Assembly: GCA_037147135.1 (NCBI GenBank)
Contig: JBAWVU010000002.1
Location: 1 to 34,072 of the forward strand
Direction: 5' to 3'
DNA from: Chloroflexota bacterium
Lineage (GTDB): Bacteria; Chloroflexota; Limnocylindria; Limnocylindrales; CSP1-4
DNA length: 34,072 nucleotides
The notes beneath the pieces are model-generated. The model was not told the DNA's origin, made no database searches, and saw only the letters and a list, made by a program, of their open reading frames with translations. Made by a program: the position numbers and the translations under genes. The first letter of the stretch is position 1. Each line of letters opens with the position of its first letter. Shown here piece after piece: positions 1-7,671 of this stretch.

Positions 1-567
1 GAGGCGGGGCGGATCGTCGCCGAGACGGGCGCGGGGGTCGGGAGGCTGGACATCATCGTCAACGCAGTGGGCGGCGGAGCGGGGCGCGTGATCTTCCCGG
101 CCGAGGAGTATCCGCTCAAGGACTGGGACTGGATCTTCGATCTCAATCTCCGCAGCACGCTCGTGGCGACCCAGGCCGCGGTGAAGGCGATGATCGCCGG
201 CGGTCGCGGCGGGCGGGTCGTGAACATCTCGTCCGTGCGCGCGAACCTCGGCATCAACTCGGGCTACTCGGCGTATGTCGCCGCGAAGGGCGCGATCAGC
301 TCCCTCACGCGCCAGTGGGCGACCGAGTGGGCGAAGTACGGGATCACGTGCAACGCGATCGCCCCGACCTTCGTCGACACGCCGCAGGTCGCCATGCTCC
401 TCGGCGACCCGGCATTCAAGGCGGGCGTCGTCGGCAGGATCCCGCTCGGCCGCGTCGGCGAGACCGCCGACCTGGTGGGCCCGGTCCTGTTCTTCTGCTC
501 GGACGCCTCGTCGTTCGTCACCGGCCAGATCCTCGGTGTCGACGGCGGCCTCACCGCGACCCAGTAG
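1..567 (+). CDS. SDR family oxidoreductase (5' end outside window)
   Basis: Frame 1 is open from nt 1. The translation ...LDIIVNAVGGG...ISSVRANLG...YSAYVAAKGAISSLTRQWA...NAIAPTFVDTP shows the NNAG-like, catalytic Ser and YxxxK motifs of classical short-chain dehydrogenases. Stop TAG at 565-567. Confidence 0.85.
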   Translation, partial: EAGRIVAETGAGVGRLDIIVNAVGGGAGRVIFPAEEYPLKDWDWIFDLNLRSTLVATQAAVKAMIAGGRGGRVVNISSVRANLGINSGYSAYVAAKGAISSLTRQWATEWAKYGITCNAIAPTFVDTPQVAMLLGDPAFKAGVVGRIPLGRVGETADLVGPVLFFCSDASSFVTGQILGVDGGLTATQ

Positions 568-590
568 CGCCCGGAAAGGGGTCCCCTCGC

Positions 591-1490
591 ATGCAGATGG
601 AGCAGGTCACCGCGAACGTCTTCACGAACACGAAGCTGCGCGGGTGCAACCCGAGCTTCGTGACGACCTCGGATGGCGTCGTGGTCGTGGACACACCGCA
701 GCTGCCGACGAAGGCCGTCGCGATGCGGAAGCTCGCCGAGGCGCACGGTCCGATCCGGTACATCATCAACACCGAGCACCACGTCGACCACATCTTCGGC
801 AACTACTACTTCAAGGGTGCCGGGACGGTCGTCAACCACCGGGGCCTGTACGAGCGCTTCATGGTCGTCTACCCGGAGCTCGACCCGTTCGCCTACGCGA
901 GGGAGTCGGTCCCCGGGCCGACCGCGCAGGGCACCGACCTCGACGACCCGGAAGGTGCGGAGCTCTGGCCGGACCGCGAGGAGTACTACCGCGACCCGAA
1001 CAAGGGGAGGATCGTCTTCACCGGCGACCTCATGCTCCGGGTCGGCGACCACACCTTCAACCTGCTCCACACGCCGGGGCACACGCCGGGCCAGCTCGCC
1101 GTCCACGTCCCCGAGGAGCGAGTCGTGTTCACCGGCGACACGATCTTCTCGGGGTGCCAGACGTGGCTCATGACGTCGAACGTCGCCGAGTGGCTCGACG
1201 CGCTCGAGCGGATCCGGACCCTGGACGTCGACTGGATCGTGCCGGGACACGGACCGGTCGTGTCGCAGCAGTACCTCGACGTCCAGCGATCGCACCTCAT
1301 GGAATGGAAGACCGCCGTCGCGACGGCGATCGCGAACGGCTGGACGCGCGAGGAGACGGTCGCCCGGGTGGACTTCCGGGACCGCTTCGGCCCGGTCGAC
1401 ATCGGGCAGGGCTACATGCTCGACTACATCCAGAACCTCAACGCCGGGTCGCTCTACGACAAGCTGACGGGCGCGATCCCGGGCAGCTGA
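591..1490 (+). CDS. MBL-fold metallo-hydrolase
   Basis: ATG at 591 is preceded by GAAAGGGG. 299 aa. INTEHHVDH is an HxHxDH-type metal motif in which the first His appears replaced by Glu. Later LLHTPGHTPG and FTGDT blocks match beta-lactamase-fold spacing. The ORF-track start at 315 was rejected because its Arg/Pro-rich leader has no ribosome-binding site. Confidence 0.75.
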   Translation: MQMEQVTANVFTNTKLRGCNPSFVTTSDGVVVVDTPQLPTKAVAMRKLAEAHGPIRYIINTEHHVDHIFGNYYFKGAGTVVNHRGLYERFMVVYPELDPFAYARESVPGPTAQGTDLDDPEGAELWPDREEYYRDPNKGRIVFTGDLMLRVGDHTFNLLHTPGHTPGQLAVHVPEERVVFTGDTIFSGCQTWLMTSNVAEWLDALERIRTLDVDWIVPGHGPVVSQQYLDVQRSHLMEWKTAVATAIANGWTREETVARVDFRDRFGPVDIGQGYMLDYIQNLNAGSLYDKLTGAIPGS

Positions 1491-1545
1491 CCTCGCAGCG
1501 CTACCTCCCCCGTCGGTCCCGTCCCACCCCGCGAGAGGTCCCGCG

Positions 1546-2601
1546 ATGTCCGCGACCATGCAGGCGCTCGTCGTCCTCGAGCCGAGCCGCGTCGAGATCC
1601 GGGAGGTCCCGGTCCCGGTGCCCGGAACGAACGAGGTCCTCGCGCGGGTCCGCGCCGTGTCGATCTGCGGCACCGACGCGCACCTCATCCGGGGTGACTA
1701 CCCGGGGTTCTGGCCGCCCGCGTTCCCGTTCATCCCCGGCCACGAGTGGGCCGGCGAGATCGCGGCGCTCGGGCCTGGCGCGGAGCGCTACGGGTGGAAG
1801 GTCGGCGACAGGGTGGCCGGCACCTCCCACGACGCATGCGGCGTGTGCCGCGAGTGTGTCGAGGGTCGCTACAACCTGTGCGAGAACTACGGCCGCGAGG
1901 GGCTCCACCGGCAGTACGGCCACAACGTCCAGGGCGCGGACGCGACGTACGTCGTGCACGGCGTGAAGTGCATCTTCCGCCTCCCCGACTCCCTGAGCTT
2001 CGAGGATGGCGCGCTCATCGACCCCGCCTCGATCGCGCTTCACGTCGCGAACCGCGGCGGGGTCACGCCCGGGGATGCCGTCGTGATCACCGGTGCGGGC
2101 GCGATCGGCCTGCTCGGCGGCGATGCCGCGCGCATCCGGGGCGCCGGTCGCGTCATGGTCGTGGGTCGGGGCCGGCGTCTCGCGAAGGCCGCAGCGCTCG
2201 GCTTCGAGACGGTCGACTACACCGCCGGCGACCCCGTGAGAGCCGTCCGCGACCTGACCGACGGCCTCGGCGCAGACGTCGCGCTCGAGTGCGCCGGCGT
2301 CCCCGAGGCGATCGTCTGGGCGCTCGGGATGCTCCGACGCGGCGGACGCTGTGCCGCGGTCGGCATCCCGACGGTCGGGGTCGAGATCCCGATGCAGAAG
2401 CTCGTCCTCGACGAGCTCGAGCTCGTCGGCTCGCGCGCCTCCGCGGGTGAGATGCGACGCGTCATGCCGCACGTGGAGCAGGGCCGGATGCGCGTGCGCG
2501 AGATGGTCACGCACCGCTTCGCGCTCGCGGACTACCCGGAGGCGCTCGCGACCTTCAGCGACCGATCGAGCGGGGCGATCAAGATCGTCGTCACGCCGTA
2601 G
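1546..2601 (+). CDS. Zn-dependent alcohol/polyol dehydrogenase (MDR family), paralog A
   Basis: 351 aa. Catalytic Zn motif GHEWAGEI, structural Zn motif CGVCRECVEGRYNLC and Rossmann motif ITGAGAIGLL are present. Overall architecture resembles sorbitol/threonine dehydrogenases. Confidence 0.9.
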   Translation: MSATMQALVVLEPSRVEIREVPVPVPGTNEVLARVRAVSICGTDAHLIRGDYPGFWPPAFPFIPGHEWAGEIAALGPGAERYGWKVGDRVAGTSHDACGVCRECVEGRYNLCENYGREGLHRQYGHNVQGADATYVVHGVKCIFRLPDSLSFEDGALIDPASIALHVANRGGVTPGDAVVITGAGAIGLLGGDAARIRGAGRVMVVGRGRRLAKAAALGFETVDYTAGDPVRAVRDLTDGLGADVALECAGVPEAIVWALGMLRRGGRCAAVGIPTVGVEIPMQKLVLDELELVGSRASAGEMRRVMPHVEQGRMRVREMVTHRFALADYPEALATFSDRSSGAIKIVVTP

Positions 2602-2607
2602 GGCCCG

Positions 2608-3381
2608 TCAGACGGGTGGATCCGCCACGCCGAGCGCGTAGCCACCGTCGACGTCGATGACCGCACCGGTCACCCACCGACCGCCTTCGCCGCACAGCCA
2701 CGCCACCGCCCCGGCGACGTCCATCGCGTCGCCAACCAGCGAGAGCGCCTGCTTCGGGAAGACGGAGCCGGTCGAGAAGCGGGCCCGCTCCTCCTCCTCG
2801 GTGGAGCCGCGCAGCTCCGACGGGACGATCCCGGGCCGGATGACGTTGACGCGGACGCCGTAGCGGCCGAGGTCGACGGCGAGCGCCCGGCTCATCGCCT
2901 CGACCGCGCCCTTGCTCGCCACGTAGCCGAAGCGCCCGCGGGGCGGTCGTGCGACGACGGTCGACCCCAGGTTCACGACGGCGCCGCGGCTCTTCCGCAA
3001 CTCGGGGAGCGCCGCGCGCGTGACGAGGAACACGCTCATGACGTTCGCGCGGAGCATCCACTCGAGGTCGCGCTCGTCGAGGGCGTCGATGGGCGCCTGC
3101 ACCTCGCTGCCGGCGTTGTTGACGAGCGCGTCGATCCCGCCGAACGCGGCAACGGCGGCATCGACGATCGCACAGGCATCGGCATCGACCGTGACGTCGG
3201 CCGGGATCGTGACGATGCGTCCGGGACCCGACGCGAGGTCCGCGGAGAGGCGCTCGAGGCGGTCGGCTCTACGAGCCGCCGCGACGACGTGCGCGCCGCC
3301 TCGGACGAGGTGCCGGACCGTGTGGGCTCCGAGCCCGCTCGACGCCCCTGTCACGATGATCCTCAGGCCTTCGACCGTCAC
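2608..3381 (-). CDS. SDR family oxidoreductase
   Basis: GTG start at 3381 with GGAGGA 6 nt upstream. IIVTGASSGLG (TGxxxGxG), LVNNAGSE (NNAG) and YVASKGAVEA (YxxxK) are present. The longer ORF-track start at 3684 was rejected. The stop lies 6 nt from the stop of the convergent ADH gene. Confidence 0.85.
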   Translation of the reverse strand: MTVEGLRIIVTGASSGLGAHTVRHLVRGGAHVVAAARRADRLERLSADLASGPGRIVTIPADVTVDADACAIVDAAVAAFGGIDALVNNAGSEVQAPIDALDERDLEWMLRANVMSVFLVTRAALPELRKSRGAVVNLGSTVVARPPRGRFGYVASKGAVEAMSRALAVDLGRYGVRVNVIRPGIVPSELRGSTEEEERARFSTGSVFPKQALSLVGDAMDVAGAVAWLCGEGGRWVTGAVIDVDGGYALGVADPPV

Positions 3382-3454
3382 CGCTGCTCCTCCATCGGGC
3401 GCCGCGTCTGCGGCGCGATCGGGCGCCGGGTCGCCGGCGCCGCCCGCTTCCCGG

Positions 3455-5608
3455 TCACGCGCGGCCGGCGGCCACCTCGCCTTCGCGGCTGCGGCCGGCG
3501 AGGACGATGAGGTCCTCGTGGAGCTCGAACCAGGCGCTGTGGAAGCTGTCCACGTCCGGACGCGGCGAGGCGACGTAGCGCCGATCCCCGCCCGCCACGA
3601 GGTCGGCGGCCCGCTGGAGCCGGGCACGGTATGTGGCGAGCCGCGGGAGTCGCCCGGTGAGCGGCGCCAGCCAGGCGTCCGCATCCACGTGCAGGGCGGC
3701 GAGCCCGGCGAGGATCTCGGCGTCGTACGCAGGGTCAGCGTGATCGTTGAGGACCTGCATGCCGTCGACCTCGCGCATCTGCCAGGCGGTGACCGTCTCC
3801 TTCATCCGGTGGTCGAGCACGAGGAACGAGTCGAGCGCGGCAAGGGCCTCGTCGACGCCCCATGCCTCCCGGTCGGCGGCGATGAGCTCGTGCGCCATCG
3901 CCTTGCCGTCCGCCGTCAGGCGGAACTGCCCGGCACCCATCTCCGCGAGGCCATCCGCGACGAGCCGGTCGAGCATGCCCGCCATCTCGTCGGGGGTCGA
4001 CAGGGTCGCCGCCGCGAGGCTCGTCGGGAGGACGAAGCCCTTGATGAACACGGCCCGGAGGACCAGGTCCCGCTCCGCCGGGCCGGCCTCGAGCTCCGCC
4101 CGGTCGGGCGCCTCGGCTGCCGCACCCGCCTCGGGCGCCGCCTTGCCGACCGCGATCCCGAGCTCGCGCGCCCACCCGAGCAGCGTCGCCGCCTCCGGGA
4201 CGACCGTCCGCTCGCCGCCGACGGCTCCCGCGAAGATCTCGCCCGTGCTGCCGTCGATCGTCATCGTCTCGCCGACCGCGATCCGCGTCCCGGCGACGAC
4301 GATCGCGTCGGCCCCGACCTCCACGGCGGCGGCACCCACGACCGCGGGGATCCCCCACCCCCGGGCCACGACGGCCGCATGGCTCGCGAGCCCACCCTTC
4401 GACGTGAGGATCCCGGCCGCCTTCGCCATGCCGTGGACATCGTCCGGAGAGGTCTCGGCCCGGACCAGGATGACCGGCCGACCGGCCTCTGCGACGGCGA
4501 CGGCGGCCTCGGGCGTCGTCGCGACCTCGCCGCAGGCGATGCCGGGCGACGCGGGCAGACCGGACGCGAGCGCCGCGACATCGGTCCGCCGCTCGGTCAC
4601 CACGGTCGGGGGGTCGGCGAGGACCTCCGCGACGCGGAACAGGGCCTCCTCGCGGGTGAGCGGGAACCCCGGCGACTCGGCCATGTCGATGGCGATCCGC
4701 AGTGCGGCGTGCGGGCTGCGCTTCCCGACCCGGCACTGGAGCATCCACAGCTTCCCGTGCTCGATGGTGAACTCGATGTCGCAGAGGTCCCGGTGGTGGC
4801 GCTCCAGGCGCGTCGCGTAGTGGCGGAGCTCGCGCCCCACCTCGGGCATCCGCTCATCCAGGACCGAGATCGGCTCGGTCTGGTGGGTGCCGGCGACGAC
4901 GTCCTCGCCCTGGGCGTTGAACATCACGTCGCCGTACAGGTCGGATTCGCCGGTGGCGGGGTTGCGGGTGAAGAGGACGCCGGTCCCGGAGTCGACGCTG
5001 CGGTTGCCGAAGACCATCGCCTGGACCGTCACCGCCGTCCCGAGGTCGTCGGGGATGCCCTCGCGCTCGCGATACGTGCGCGCCCGGTCGCTGTTCCAGG
5101 AGCGGAAGACCGCCTCGACCGCCGCCCGCAGCTGCGCCCAGGGATCCTCGGGCACGTCCTCGACGCCGACGATGTCGCGGAACATCACGACGAATCGGCG
5201 ACGGCAGTTGGCGGCGAACTTCTCGCTGCCGGAGGAGGCGGCGAGCCCCGCCGTCGTGGCATCCGTGAGCCCGAGGTTGAGGATGGTGTCCATCATCCCG
5301 GGCATCGAGACGGGTGCACCCGACCTGACGCTGACGAGGAGCGGGTCGGCCGGGTCGCCGAATCCCCGGCCAACGAGCCGCTCCATCCGGGCCATGTGCC
5401 CGCGCAGCTCGGCGTCGAGACCGTCCGGCCAGCCGTGAGCGAGGAACTCGTTGCACGCAGCCGTCGTGATCGTGAACGCCGGCGGCACGGGCAGGCCGAG
5501 GTCGACCGCCATGACGGTGAGGTTCGCGGCCTTCCCGCCGACGATCCGCTTGACCTCCGCGAGGGTCAGGCCGTCATGGCGGTCGTCGCAGTCGTAGACG
5601 TATCTCAC
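3455..5608 (-). CDS. PPDK-like protein: ATP-grasp nucleotide-binding domain plus phospho-His swivel domain, with the PEP/pyruvate TIM barrel replaced by an unrelated ~205-aa tail
   Basis: GTG at 5608 with GGAG 7 nt upstream. The N-terminus VRYVYD...VGGKAANLTVM matches the PPDK N-terminal signature, followed by VSVRSGAPVSMPGMMDTILNLGL, FTRNPATGE and CDIEFTIEHGKLWMLQCR. The swivel motif is GGLASHAAVVARGWGIPAVVG with the His at aa 410. After aa ~490 there is no PEP-utilizers_C-like sequence. Confidence 0.8.
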   Translation of the reverse strand: MRYVYDCDDRHDGLTLAEVKRIVGGKAANLTVMAVDLGLPVPPAFTITTAACNEFLAHGWPDGLDAELRGHMARMERLVGRGFGDPADPLLVSVRSGAPVSMPGMMDTILNLGLTDATTAGLAASSGSEKFAANCRRRFVVMFRDIVGVEDVPEDPWAQLRAAVEAVFRSWNSDRARTYREREGIPDDLGTAVTVQAMVFGNRSVDSGTGVLFTRNPATGESDLYGDVMFNAQGEDVVAGTHQTEPISVLDERMPEVGRELRHYATRLERHHRDLCDIEFTIEHGKLWMLQCRVGKRSPHAALRIAIDMAESPGFPLTREEALFRVAEVLADPPTVVTERRTDVAALASGLPASPGIACGEVATTPEAAVAVAEAGRPVILVRAETSPDDVHGMAKAAGILTSKGGLASHAAVVARGWGIPAVVGAAAVEVGADAIVVAGTRIAVGETMTIDGSTGEIFAGAVGGERTVVPEAATLLGWARELGIAVGKAAPEAGAAAEAPDRAELEAGPAERDLVLRAVFIKGFVLPTSLAAATLSTPDEMAGMLDRLVADGLAEMGAGQFRLTADGKAMAHELIAADREAWGVDEALAALDSFLVLDHRMKETVTAWQMREVDGMQVLNDHADPAYDAEILAGLAALHVDADAWLAPLTGRLPRLATYRARLQRAADLVAGGDRRYVASPRPDVDSFHSAWFELHEDLIVLAGRSREGEVAAGRA

Positions 5609-5664
5609 GGAGCGACTCCACTGGAACGCCGATCGGGTGGACCCGCGCCCCGGCGCGGCCGCCG

Positions 5665-6723
5665 TCAGGGCGTGATGATGATCTTGATCGCCCCGCTCGC
5701 GGGGTCGTTGAACGTCGCGAGCGCCTGCCCATACTCGGCGAGCGGGAAGCGATGCGTCATGACCTCGCGCACGCGCATCCGGCCCTGCTCGACGAGCGGC
5801 ATGACGCGCCGCATCTCGCCCGCCGAGGCGCGGCACCCGACCAGCTCCAGCTCGTCGAGGACGAGCTTCTGCATGGCGATCTCGCAGCCCTGGGTCGGGA
5901 TCCCCACCGCGGCACAGCGACCGCCGCGCCGGAGCATGCCGAGCGCCCACTGCACGGTGACCGGGACGCCGGCGCACTCGAGGACGACGTCCGCTCCGAG
6001 ACCGCCCGTCATCTGGCGCACCGTGGCGACCGGGTCACCGGCGCTCGAGTCGACCGTCTCGAAGCCCATCGCCCGCGCCTTCGCGAGACGGAGCTCGTTG
6101 CGCTCGATGAGGATCACGCGCGCCGCGCCACGGATCCGGGCCGCGTCGCCGCCGAGCAGGCCGATCGCGCCGGCGCCGGTGATCACGACCGTGTCGCCCG
6201 GGCTCACGTTGCCGCGGTTCGCCACGTGGAGCGCGATCGACGCGGGGTCGACGACGGCACCTTCGTCGAACGTGAGGCCATCCGGCAGCGCGAAGATCGT
6301 CTTGACGCCATGGACGACGAACGTCGCGTCGGCGCCCTGGACGCTGTGGCCGTACTGCTTGTGGAGCCCCGGCCGCCCATAGTTCTCGCAGAGGTTGTAG
6401 CGGCCCTCGACGCACTTCTGGCAGACGCCGCACGCGTCGTGGGAGGTGCCGGCCACCCGATCGCCCACGTTCCAGCCGTGCAGGTCGGCACCCGGCCCGA
6501 GCGCCGCGATCTCGCCGGCCCATTCGTGACCAGGGATGAACGGGAACGCGGGCGGCCAGAAGCCGGGATAGTCGCCGCGCACCAGGTGCGCGTCCGTCCC
6601 GCAGATCGAGACCGCGCGGACCCGCGCGAGGACCTCGTTCGAGCCGGGCACCGGGATCGGGACCTCCCGGATCTCGAAGCGGTTCGGCTCGAGGACGACG
6701 AGCGCCTCCATGGTCTCAGGCAC
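5665..6723 (-). CDS. Zn-dependent alcohol/polyol dehydrogenase (MDR family), paralog B
   Basis: GTG at 6723 with GGAG 8 nt upstream gives VPETMEALVV..., colinear with MSATMQALVV... of the 1546-2601 protein. The same Zn and Rossmann motifs are present. About four-fifths of residues are identical to paralog A by eye. Confidence 0.9.
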   Translation of the reverse strand: MPETMEALVVLEPNRFEIREVPIPVPGSNEVLARVRAVSICGTDAHLVRGDYPGFWPPAFPFIPGHEWAGEIAALGPGADLHGWNVGDRVAGTSHDACGVCQKCVEGRYNLCENYGRPGLHKQYGHSVQGADATFVVHGVKTIFALPDGLTFDEGAVVDPASIALHVANRGNVSPGDTVVITGAGAIGLLGGDAARIRGAARVILIERNELRLAKARAMGFETVDSSAGDPVATVRQMTGGLGADVVLECAGVPVTVQWALGMLRRGGRCAAVGIPTQGCEIAMQKLVLDELELVGCRASAGEMRRVMPLVEQGRMRVREVMTHRFPLAEYGQALATFNDPASGAIKIIITP

Positions 6724-6761
6724 GGCGTGATCTCCTTCGGGACAGCTGCGGGGGGACCGGC

Positions 6762-7652
6762 TCAGTAGACGGCCACGGGATCGACCATCGACCCGGTGGC
6801 GCCGCGGATCTTCACGGGGAGGGCGACGAAGAGGAACTCGTAGATGCGCGAGCGGGCGAGCTCCTCGAGGTCGAGGCTCTCCATGATGTAGACGCCGTTC
6901 TCGATGAGCAGCGCGGTGTGGACCGGCTGCGGGTTGCCGGTGGGGCCCGGGTCGGGGGCCGGCTGGACCTCGTACGTCTCCGTGTCCGTCCCGCTCGCGA
7001 CGACGCCGCGCTCGAGGAGCCAGCGCGCGGTCGAGACGTCCGGGCCGGGAGTCTTGTGCGCGGCCATCCGCTCGGCGTCCGGCCAGAGGCTCATGTAGCC
7101 GGTCCGGATGACGACGACGTCCCACGGCCCGACGGTCACGCCCTCGGCCGCGCAGATCGCCTCCATCTCGGTCGCGTCGATCGGCGATCCCTTCGGCAGG
7201 CAGTCGACGCCGCGGTGGCCCGCCGCGTCGATGAGGATCCCGCGCGTGAAGAACGGCGGCATCGTCGACGCGTCGAGGTGAGCGGGACCGAAGTCGGTGA
7301 GGTGCTCGTCGGCGTTGCCGCCGCCGTACCAGTGCATGTCGTCGGCGAGGGTCATGTGCGCGAGCGCGTCCATGTGGGCGCCGGAGTGCGACGTGGCCAT
7401 GACGTACTCCGCCATGTACCCGAGGCCCGCGTCGTTGATCGGGCCCCACGGCTGCGCGCCGGTGACGCGGATCCCGCGCGGGGTCCGGTAGTTGAGCACC
7501 TGGAACGGGGGGTGACCCGGGAACAGGGGCATACCCGGGTAGCGGACGGCGGCCATCGAGATCATCCGGCCCTGGCGGACGAGCCCGGCCGCGCGGAGCA
7601 CCTGCTCCGGCGGGAGGGCACCGATGGGACCGATGTCGATCGGCGTGGTCAT
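6762..7652 (-). CDS. Cyclase-family protein (kynurenine formamidase / isatin hydrolase-like metal hydrolase)
   Basis: ATG at 7652 with GGAGG 7 nt upstream. 296 aa. SHSGAHMDALAH fits the HxGTHxDxPxH motif of the putative-cyclase family. Confidence 0.7.
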   Translation of the reverse strand: MTTPIDIGPIGALPPEQVLRAAGLVRQGRMISMAAVRYPGMPLFPGHPPFQVLNYRTPRGIRVTGAQPWGPINDAGLGYMAEYVMATSHSGAHMDALAHMTLADDMHWYGGGNADEHLTDFGPAHLDASTMPPFFTRGILIDAAGHRGVDCLPKGSPIDATEMEAICAAEGVTVGPWDVVVIRTGYMSLWPDAERMAAHKTPGPDVSTARWLLERGVVASGTDTETYEVQPAPDPGPTGNPQPVHTALLIENGVYIMESLDLEELARSRIYEFLFVALPVKIRGATGSMVDPVAVY

Positions 7653-7671
7653 CGCTTCGCCTCCTGGTGGC

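Noticed and set aside
591-1490. MBL motif reads E-H-H-V-D-H rather than HxHxDH, possibly a non-catalytic variant
   Set aside because: It cannot be judged by eye. Alignment register is uncertain and other His/Asp ligand blocks are present. It is noted in the feature evidence only.
2608-3684. Longer N-terminal extensions offered by the ORF track (for example 3684, 5977, 7449, 7715, 10275, 10667, 14916, 14995, 16570, 30047)
   Set aside because: The extensions translate to Arg/Pro-rich sequence without homology. Internal ATG or GTG starts with Shine-Dalgarno sequences, or ATGA coupling, reproduce the expected family N-termini.
3020-6382. 1120-aa ORF on the plus strand, with similar very long ORFs at 17738-20758 (-), 264-1688 (-), 7624-9975 (+), 12218-14620 (-, upstream part), 21748-23031 (-) and 25089-26459 (-)
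   Set aside because: These are typical high-GC artefacts. They are Arg/Pro/Gly/Asp-rich low-complexity translations lying antisense or out of frame to genes with clear family motifs. They have no ribosome-binding sites and no recognisable domains.
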